Source: a virus
Taxonomy: Duplodnaviria; Heunggongvirae; Uroviricota; Caudoviricetes
DNA: 5,380 bases
IMG/VR virus record: IMGVR_UViG_2667527898_000018
Strand: one strand, 5' to 3'
In this document: one piece after another, positions 1 to 4,969 of the stretch
Layout: every line of letters begins with the position of its first letter
How positions within the stretch are numbered: the stretch's first letter is position 1
The notes under the pieces: model-generated
What the model was told of the DNA's origin: nothing
Databases searched by the model: none
The model's input: only the letters and a program-made list of their open reading frames with translations
Program-made: the position numbers and the translations under genes

Positions 1-52
1 AAAGGTATGCGTGGAAACGCATATGGCCTTAGTTGGTCAGATATATTGGGAC

Positions 53-67
53 TCGCTTTGTCAGCGA
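53..67 (-). promoter_or_regulatory. nutR-type boxB hairpin (N-utilisation site) downstream of the cro-like gene
   Basis: Minus strand reads UCGCUGACAAAGCGA: 5-bp stem with a GACAA pentaloop, the same loop and inner stem as the + strand copy at 2962-2976. It lies just downstream of the cro-like stop, where nutR sits in lambdoid phages. A weak boxA-like CGCUAUUUUCACAA is at 82-98 on the minus strand. Confidence 0.6.
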
Positions 68-105
68 CGTAGGACGAATGTCCATTGTGAAAATAGCGGT
101 GTTAC

Positions 106-339
106 TTATGCAGCCGATGCTCTACGCGATACGAACACTAGGTTTTCCTTTTTCACAGGTTTATAACCCGTGAAATTACGAGTAGCTTCTTCGATTGCAT
201 TCGCTTTATCAGGGGAAGCTCTTCGAAATCCATATGCAATCTGGTCAAGATAGCCAACTGAAGTTTTCGCTAATGCGGCGAGTCGCTTCCATTCCTCGCT
301 AGAAGCCTCTTTTCGCCAGCGTAGTAGTTCATTACTCAT
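106..339 (-). CDS. cro: Cro/YdaS-like small HTH DNA-binding protein (77 aa), in the cro position
   Basis: 77-aa ORF divergent from the cI-like repressor across a 113-bp operator region. RBS GGAGG (complement of 345-349) sits 5 nt before the ATG. The product has an HTH-like segment (LAALAKTSVGYLDQIAYGF) followed by RRASPDKANAIEEAT, typical of Cro/YdaS-type regulators. Call rests on position plus family pattern. Confidence 0.7.
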   Translation of the reverse strand: MSNELLRWRKEASSEEWKRLAALAKTSVGYLDQIAYGFRRASPDKANAIEEATRNFTGYKPVKKENLVFVSRRASAA

Positions 340-452
340 TAGTGCCTCCGTTTATCACACAGAACAACTTTACCATTTTGATAAATCAACCGCAATGTAA
401 ATTTATCATATTGCGTATTTATCCATTTGCTAAATAGAGGGAAAATTGTGAG
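340..452. promoter_or_regulatory. Divergent immunity operator/promoter region (OR-like) between cro-like and cI
   Basis: AT-rich 113-bp divergent intergenic region with three copies of a 7-bp core: ATTTATC at 401-407 and 417-423, and its complement GATAAAT at 380-386. A 15-mer AATTTATCATATTGC (400-414) recurs almost identically at 2848-2862. Candidate cro promoter on the minus strand: -35 TTGCGG (complement of 390-395), 17-bp spacer, -10 TAAAGT (complement of 367-372). Confidence 0.6.
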
Positions 453-1157
453 ATGGAAAACAAAGATATTCGCAAATCGAATCTGGCGTTTTTGCTAGAT
501 GAGCATAAAAAAATCGCGGGTAACACTAATGCAAGCTTTGCCGATAAGCTTGGGGTTAGCCCTTCTCAACTCACGCAAGTCTCCGGTGAAAAAAGCACTC
601 GAAACATAGGGGATAAACTAGCAAGAAAATTTGAAGCCGCGCTTGGGTTACCTAATGGGTGGCTTGATTTGGTACATGATGTAACACCAATTGCATCATT
701 CTCAGATTCTTTAACTTTTGTCGGTCAGGTAAGAAAAGGGTTAGTGCGCGTGGTTGGTGAGGCAATTCTTGGTGTTGATGGTGCCATCGAGATGACCGAA
801 GAGCGCGATGGGTGGCTCAAAATTTATAGCGATGATCCAGATGCCTTTGGTCTTCGTGTGAAAGGAGACAGCATGTGGCCCAGAATAAAATCAGGAGAAT
901 ATGTACTCATTGAGCCTAACACCAAAGTATTCCCGGGTGATGAGGTGTTTGTCAGAACCGTTGAAGGACACAACATGATTAAGGTTCTTGGCTATGACAG
1001 AGATGGAGAATACCAATTTACAAGCATTAACCAGGATCACAGGCCTATAACGTTGCCTTATCATCAAGTAGCAAAGGTGGAGTATGTAGCTGGTATTCTG
1101 AAGCAATCTCGCCATCTGGATGACATCGAGGCAAGGGAGTGGCTGAAAAGTTCGTGA
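453..1157 (+). CDS. cI: Phage CI/LexA-type repressor with C-terminal S24 peptidase (autocleavage) domain, 234 aa
   Basis: N-terminal HTH (NASFADKLGVSPSQLTQVSG); C-terminal S24 signature with catalytic Ser in GDSMWP and a downstream Lys (NMIKVLG). Divergent from the cro-like gene across an operator-rich spacer. Confidence 0.9.
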   Translation: MENKDIRKSNLAFLLDEHKKIAGNTNASFADKLGVSPSQLTQVSGEKSTRNIGDKLARKFEAALGLPNGWLDLVHDVTPIASFSDSLTFVGQVRKGLVRVVGEAILGVDGAIEMTEERDGWLKIYSDDPDAFGLRVKGDSMWPRIKSGEYVLIEPNTKVFPGDEVFVRTVEGHNMIKVLGYDRDGEYQFTSINQDHRPITLPYHQVAKVEYVAGILKQSRHLDDIEAREWLKSS

Positions 1158-1237
1158 CTTCATCGTCACATAGCTGGTAACCAGTGGCCTGAAGAGACGT
1201 TTGGGTGATGTACATAGCATTTCTGGATAAAAATACA

Positions 1238-1281
1238 GATTCCCTTTATGGGAAATGAATCTATAATTCCCAAAGAGGGAA
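1238..1281 (+). promoter_or_regulatory. Candidate higB promoter with two palindromic operator-like sites
   Basis: Perfect -10 TATAAT at 1262-1267, flanked by two palindromes of identical architecture TTCCC-N5-GGGAA at 1240-1254 (TTCCCTTTATGGGAA) and 1267-1281 (TTCCCAAAGAGGGAA). No good -35 is evident. RBS-like AGAGGGA at 1274-1280 lies inside the second palindrome. Confidence 0.5.
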
Positions 1282-1293
1282 CAAAATCGGATT

Positions 1294-1581
1294 ATGAAGG
1301 TCTTAAACGTAGAGAAGCTTCACAGTTTTAGCCAGAAGCACAATCAGGCCAAGGGGGCTTTAGACTCTTGGTATGATGAAGTGATAAGAGAAAACTGGAA
1401 AACGACTCAAGACATACGGAATAGATTTAATTCTGCCGACTTCCTTCCTAACAACAGGGTAATTTTTAATATAAAAGGCAATAACTATCGGCTCGTTGTC
1501 CAAGTTGTTTACCAGGCAGGAATGGTCATAGTTGAAAGAGTTGGAACTCATGCAGAGTACGACAAGTGGAGGCTTAAATGA
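1294..1581 (+). CDS. higB: HigB-family type II toxin (RelE/ParE superfamily mRNA interferase), 95 aa
   Basis: C-terminal region FNIKGNNYRLVVQVVYQAGMVIVERVGTHAEYDK matches the recalled HigB pattern (E. coli HigB: FNVGGNELRVV...REVMTHKEYD). Toxin-first gene order is typical of higBA. Stop overlaps the next start in ATGA (1578-1581). Confidence 0.85.
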   Translation: MKVLNVEKLHSFSQKHNQAKGALDSWYDEVIRENWKTTQDIRNRFNSADFLPNNRVIFNIKGNNYRLVVQVVYQAGMVIVERVGTHAEYDKWRLK

Positions 1582-2234
1582 ATCGAACTAGCTGGCGCAT
1601 CATTAAAAATAGTGAAGAGCATGCTGCAGCTATGGAAAGGCTCATTGAACTTGCGTCTAGTGATTTACAACCTGGAACTGAAGATTTTGATGAGTTTGAA
1701 CTACTAGGCTTGCTTATCGAGCACTATGAGTCACGCGAGTTCCCTATGGACAAGCCAGATCCCATAGAAGCAATCAAGTTCCGTATGGATCAACAAGGCC
1801 TCTCTTATGCCGATATGAAACAATACATTGGCTCAGCATCTAAAGTATCTGAGGTCTTAAATCGTAAGCGTCCATTAAGTCTTTCAATGATCCGTAGACT
1901 ACATGACGGACTTGGAATTCCTGCAGATATCTTAATTCAAGATATGAGCGCAATTGAATGGAGCCTAGTTGACGCAGAGGAAGAAGAAACAGCCATGACT
2001 AGCGTCATTGCTCGGTGTGAGTCAGCCGTCACATCACCTTCTGCTTATTTCGCTGAAAAGGCTACAGAATCTTACTTTTCAAAAATGTTGTTCAGCGCAG
2101 TAAGGGGTAACGGCAAATGCAAAGAAAAACGGAATGTTTTTTCTTTGATAAGTAACTTGTCATCAAGTTTCACAGCGGCTAGCAACCTGAATGACGAAAT
2201 GACTTCTGACGGAAATTACTTATTATTACCATGA
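1578..2234 (+). CDS. higA: HigA-family HTH antitoxin with ~96-aa C-terminal extension (candidate chaperone-addiction segment), 218 aa
   Basis: Residues ~67-122 (KFRMDQQGLSYADMKQYIGSASKVSEVLNRKRPLSLSMIRRLHDGLGIPADILIQ) match the HigA HTH as recalled from E. coli HigA (…MDQYGLTLSDLPEIGSKSMVSRVLSGKRKLTLEHAKKLATRFGISPALFID, which ends there). This ORF continues ~96 residues further. Start overlaps the higB stop (ATGA) and its stop overlaps the next start (ATGA, 2231-2234). Confidence 0.85.
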   Translation: MNRTSWRIIKNSEEHAAAMERLIELASSDLQPGTEDFDEFELLGLLIEHYESREFPMDKPDPIEAIKFRMDQQGLSYADMKQYIGSASKVSEVLNRKRPLSLSMIRRLHDGLGIPADILIQDMSAIEWSLVDAEEEETAMTSVIARCESAVTSPSAYFAEKATESYFSKMLFSAVRGNGKCKEKRNVFSLISNLSSSFTAASNLNDEMTSDGNYLLLP

Positions 2235-2635
2235 AAATTGAACTCATTAGCAAAAAAGTTGAACGCTTGGTTATGACACGGCTAGAAGGCGATTCAACAG
2301 CAAAAAAATCCATAAAAACAACCGTTAATCTAAATAATGAACTTTACACTAATGTGAAGGATTCAAAGCTATTTAGAGTGAGATATTTTGCCTCCGTAAC
2401 TATTGAAGGCAGGCTTGAGATGGACATCACATACGACTTTGACTTCCGGTCAGAAGATGATTTTTCTCATGAAATGGCAAAATCATATGAGGTAAGGTCC
2501 ATTGCTCCCAATATGGCATATCCCTATATAAAAACATATGCCGAGCAAATTATCCTCATGTCAAACCTTGGTAGGTTCACTCTGCCTTATTTTGATTTCT
2601 TGGCCAATCCCATGGAAACGAACAGTAATAAGTGA
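2231..2635 (+). CDS. SecB-like chaperone (candidate TAC chaperone), 134 aa
   Basis: C-terminal region SIAPNMAYPYIKTYAEQIILMSNLGRFTLPYFDF aligns with the recalled E. coli SecB segment [33 protein letters not shown] (PN..PY, (R/K), L.P, (N/D)F). Size is close to SecB (155 aa). Translationally coupled to the extended higA. Confidence 0.7.
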   Translation: MKIELISKKVERLVMTRLEGDSTAKKSIKTTVNLNNELYTNVKDSKLFRVRYFASVTIEGRLEMDITYDFDFRSEDDFSHEMAKSYEVRSIAPNMAYPYIKTYAEQIILMSNLGRFTLPYFDFLANPMETNSNK

Positions 2636-2643
2636 AATTCCCC

Positions 2644-2670
2644 ACCCGGCCTCAGCGCCGGGTTTTCTTT
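2644..2670 (+). terminator. Rho-independent terminator ending the cI/higBA-secB transcription unit
   Basis: GC stem CCCGGC (2645-2650) / GCCGGG (2657-2662) with a 6-nt loop, followed by TTTTCTTT (2663-2670), 10 nt after the SecB-like stop. Confidence 0.7.
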
Positions 2671-2772
2671 GCCCCACGTTCGCCCACCTAAAAACACATA
2701 ATCGATTGTATTTATTGAAAAACTGATAGATACAACTTGCTAAACAACGCAATCCAGATCTCCCTCAAATCT

Positions 2773-2893
2773 CTTTATTTATCCTGTCGAATTCCTACAA
2801 CAAAATAAAACACCATAAGAATCAATACGATATTTGAAAACCAAGAGAATTTATCATTTTGCTATTGCCATTAATTTATCATTCCGATAAAGT
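2773..2893 (+). promoter_or_regulatory. OL/PL-like operator-promoter region for the early-left operon
   Basis: ATTTATC core at 2777-2783, 2849-2855 and 2874-2880. The 15-mer AATTTATCATTTTGC (2848-2862) is 14/15 identical to the OR copy at 400-414. Palindrome TTTATC-ATTCC-GATAAA at 2875-2891. Candidate PL: -35 TTGCCA (2865-2870), 17-bp spacer, -10 TAAAGT (2888-2893), the same -10 hexamer and spacing as the candidate cro promoter. Confidence 0.5.
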
Positions 2894-2961
2894 TCACCCA
2901 TCAGCAGGACGCACTACTCACCAGGGCGGTGAATATACAACGATTCGAATATGAATCTACG

Positions 2962-2976
2962 GCGCTGACAAAGCGC
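2962..2976 (+). promoter_or_regulatory. nutL boxB RNA hairpin (P22-type)
   Basis: GCGCTGACAAAGCGC is a perfect 5-bp stem with a GACAA pentaloop, matching the P22 boxB sequence as I recall it (GCGCUGACAAAGCGC). It lies in the ~240-nt leader between the candidate PL and the N-like gene. No convincing boxA upstream. Confidence 0.7.
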
Positions 2977-3141
2977 AATAACCAAAGTGAACTTTGGGGT
3001 GTGGTGAAGGGTTCATGGACGGGAATATGTCGCACGTAAAGCGGCGAGGCCTGCGGGACTATTGCCGAATTGAAGTAGGCCGAAACAGGTCGAAATGGGT
3101 CTCCCACCTACCACACCACCAAAGTTCATCAGGAGGTCTAT

Positions 3142-3525
3142 ATGACACGCAGAACTCAGTTCAAAGGCAATTCACGTTCTCGTCGTCGTGAGCGTTTAAA
3201 GGTAAAGGCATTAGCTAACGGCGTACTGGCCCGCGAAGAAGCAATAAGTTCAGAAGTATTACACCGCCCTACTCTAAGCAGAGCGCAGATTCAGGCTAAA
3301 GGTACTCACGAAACGCCTGAGCGCATAGAAGACGCTAAGCCAGTTAAGTTCATGGCACAGGACGTGATCTGGCAGCAGAAAGAATACAGACGCAATCTGG
3401 AGCGAGCGACCATTGTGTACGCGAATGAGTTTGGACATAAGCAACCAGAAACTGGTGTATGTCTTCCAAACGTAGCCATTTACGCTGCAGGCTACCGGAA
3501 ATCAAAACAACTGACAGCAAGATGA
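3142..3525 (+). CDS. N: N-family transcription antitermination protein (P22 gene 24-like), 127 aa
   Basis: N-terminal arginine-rich motif GNSRSRRRERLKVKA resembles the P22 N motif GNAKTRRHERRRKLAIER. C-terminus …NVAIYAAGYRKSKQLTAR resembles the recalled P22 N C-terminus (…VALYAAGHRKSKQITAR). Strong RBS AGGAGG at 3131-3136; first gene after OL/PL and the boxB hairpin. Confidence 0.8.
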   Translation: MTRRTQFKGNSRSRRRERLKVKALANGVLAREEAISSEVLHRPTLSRAQIQAKGTHETPERIEDAKPVKFMAQDVIWQQKEYRRNLERATIVYANEFGHKQPETGVCLPNVAIYAAGYRKSKQLTAR

Positions 3526-3586
3526 CTTGTGTTGGTCGCCAGAAAATGAGATTAGGCAGCAAACCACTTATTTGAGAGGAATTAAT

Positions 3587-4210
3587 ATGTCATCAATCCG
3601 CTTAACTACGAGAATGAAAGAGGAAATCGCTCGTAACGCTTTAATTAAGTCTGGGGTTTTCACTGAACTTGAAGAAGTAACAAAGTTAAAGAACCAGCTT
3701 GCACTTGACGCCAGAGTTATTGCGTTTGGCGGTAAAAAGAAAACTGAGGAAGTGGATCAGTTATCATCCAAGTTGGTAGCTATAAGTGAAGAACTTGAAA
3801 AGATGGGATGTTCATTTTACTCATACGATGTTAGTTCTACTTCAATTTATCTGACTGTATCTGGCAGAAGGGTTGGATGGCATTCATATGGGAAAGACGG
3901 CAACGGCAAAGATATATTGCTCCCTACTCCGACCAAAGATAAATGCATGTTTGACGCAGAGCACGAAATAACAAAAAGGTTTGATGAAATCTGCGCATTG
4001 CAACAAAAACTTGAAGCCAAGAAAAAGGATATCGAATCAAATGTATGGGCTGCTTTAAACTCAGTCACAACAGTTAAGCGACTTATTGAAGTTTGGCCTG
4101 AAAGCAAAGAATTGCTACCAAAAGAAGCAGATAAAGCAAGTACAGCACTTCCTGCTTTACGGGTAAAAGATTTGAATAAAATGATTGGACTTCCTTCCGA
4201 GGCCGCATAG
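3587..4210 (+). CDS. Hypothetical protein, 207 aa (early-left operon accessory gene)
   Basis: ORF track gives 3527-4210, but the ATG at 3587 has an RBS GAGAGGA (3574-3580) with ~6-nt spacing, so 3587 is the likelier start. Hydrophilic, Lys/Glu-rich, no family recognised. Its stop codon TAG (4208-4210) sits in the loop of a terminator hairpin. Confidence 0.6.
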   Translation: MSSIRLTTRMKEEIARNALIKSGVFTELEEVTKLKNQLALDARVIAFGGKKKTEEVDQLSSKLVAISEELEKMGCSFYSYDVSSTSIYLTVSGRRVGWHSYGKDGNGKDILLPTPTKDKCMFDAEHEITKRFDEICALQQKLEAKKKDIESNVWAALNSVTTVKRLIEVWPESKELLPKEADKASTALPALRVKDLNKMIGLPSEAA

Positions 4211-4226
4211 TCGGCCTTTATTTTTG
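4199..4226 (+). terminator. Rho-independent terminator overlapping the stop codon of the 207-aa gene
   Basis: Stem AGGCCG (4200-4205) / CGGCCT (4212-4217), loop CATAGT containing the TAG stop, followed by TTATTTTTG (4218-4226). Confidence 0.6.
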
Positions 4227-4254
4227 CCATAAACAACAGAATAAACACTGCACT

Positions 4255-4282
4255 GTGTATTCATTCCAACGAGTGAATACAC
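4255..4282. repeat. Perfect 9-bp inverted repeat GTGTATTCA-N10-TGAATACAC
   Basis: GTGTATTCA (4255-4263) and TGAATACAC (4274-4282) are exact reverse complements separated by 10 nt, in the intergenic gap between two terminator-like hairpins. Function unknown. Confidence 0.5.
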
Positions 4283-4344
4283 GGAGCAATGTCGCTCGTA
4301 ACTAAACAGGAGCCGACTTGTTCTGATTATTGGAAATCTTCTTT

Positions 4345-4371
4345 GCCCTCCAGTGTGAGGGCGATTTTTTA
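4345..4371 (+). terminator. Rho-independent terminator-like hairpin upstream of the 122-aa gene
   Basis: Stem GCCCTC (4345-4350) / GAGGGC (4357-4362), loop CAGTGT, followed by GATTTTTTAT (4363-4372). Confidence 0.65.
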
Positions 4372-4390
4372 TCTATGAGGATATGAACAG

Positions 4391-4759
4391 ATGTCAAACA
4401 TCAAAAAATACATCATTGATTACGACTGGAAAGCATCAATAGAAATTGAAATCGACCATGACGTAATGACAGAGGAAAAACTTCACCAGATTAATAATTT
4501 CTGGTCAGACTCTGAATACCGACTCAATAAACACGGCGCTGTATTAAATGCTGTATTAATCATGCTGGCGCAACATGCTCTGCTTATAGCAATTTCGCAA
4601 GACTTAAATGCATATGGTGTTGTTTGTGAGTTCGACTGGGATGATGGAAATGGTCAGGAAGGATGGCCTCCAATGGATGGTAGTGAAGGAATAAGAATTA
4701 CCGATATCGATACATCAGGAATATTTGATTCAGATGATATGACTATCAAAGCCGCCTGA
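4391..4759 (+). CDS. Hypothetical acidic protein, 122 aa
   Basis: Clean ORF with RBS-like GAGGA (4377-4381) upstream. C-terminal half is strongly acidic (CEFDWDDGNGQEGWPPMDGSEGIRITDIDTSGIFDSDDMTIKAA). No family recognised with confidence. A weak hairpin AAAGCCGC/GCGGCTTT (4748-4769) spans its stop codon. Confidence 0.6.
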   Translation: MSNIKKYIIDYDWKASIEIEIDHDVMTEEKLHQINNFWSDSEYRLNKHGAVLNAVLIMLAQHALLIAISQDLNAYGVVCEFDWDDGNGQEGWPPMDGSEGIRITDIDTSGIFDSDDMTIKAA

Positions 4760-4834
4760 GCGCGGCTTTACCGCATACCAATAATGCTTCACGAGAGGCA
4801 TTTTCGTTATGCAATCAAATATAAGGAGTTACCC

Positions 4835-4969
4835 ATGATGCACTTTCAGCTCGCGGGTAGCGGCGTCATGTCCGCTTTCTACCCGCACGAATCTGAATTA
4901 TCACGCCGAGTTAAACAATTAATCAGAGCAGCAAAGAAACAACTGGAGGCGTTATGCGCAATGAAATAG
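4835..4969 (+). CDS. cIII: CIII-like small protein (candidate FtsH inhibitor), 44 aa
   Basis: RBS AAGGAG (4823-4828) 6 nt before the ATG at 4835; the longer track ORF from 4784 has no RBS. MMHFQLAGSGVMSAFYPHESELSRRVKQLIRAAKKQL resembles recalled lambda CIII MQYAIAGWPVAGCPSESLLERITRKLRDGWKRL (M-x-aromatic-x-I/L-A-G, then P-x-E-S-x-L-x-R in an amphipathic helix). Confidence 0.6.
   Translation: MMHFQLAGSGVMSAFYPHESELSRRVKQLIRAAKKQLEALCAMK

Noticed and set aside
1154-1184. Short palindromes after the cI stop (GTGAC…GTCAC at 1154-1169; CTGG…CCAG at 1174-1184) as a terminator
   Set aside because: Stems are only 4-5 bp with no following T-tract; not convincing as a terminator, so read-through from cI into the higB operon is not excluded.
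891-1220. 109-aa minus-strand ORF
   Set aside because: Lies antisense within the 3' half of the well-supported cI repressor gene, has no RBS and no recognisable domain; most likely a shadow ORF.
1360-1551. 63-aa minus-strand ORF
   Set aside because: Entirely antisense to higB; product is low-complexity with no motif; shadow ORF.
2538-2752. 62-aa (+) and 63-aa (-) ORFs spanning the SecB-like 3' end and terminator
   Set aside because: They overlap the 3' end of the SecB-like gene and run through the terminator hairpin; no RBS; products are Cys/Pro-rich junk-like sequences.
2925-2961. boxA element upstream of the nutL boxB
   Set aside because: I looked for a CGCTCTTTA-like boxA in the ~35 nt before the boxB hairpin and found no convincing match; only the nutR side has a weak candidate (82-98, minus strand).
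2901-3191. 68-aa (-) and 65-aa (+) ORFs in the PL leader
   Set aside because: They sit in the nutL/boxB-containing leader between the promoter and the N gene, and the + one overlaps the N start; no RBS; a structured untranslated leader is the better explanation.
3350-3562. 70-aa minus-strand ORF
   Set aside because: Antisense to the 3' end of the N-like gene; no support.
3527-3586. Upstream extension of the 207-aa ORF (track start at 3527)
   Set aside because: No RBS before 3527, and that start lies only 2 nt after the N stop; the ATG at 3587 has a good RBS (GAGAGGA) and is the likelier start.
3847-4248. 133-aa minus-strand ORF
   Set aside because: Antisense to the 207-aa gene and spanning its terminator; Ser/Phe-rich low-complexity product; shadow ORF.
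4784-4834. Upstream extension of the cIII-like ORF (track start at 4784)
   Set aside because: No RBS before 4784, whereas AAGGAG at 4823-4828 precedes the ATG at 4835.
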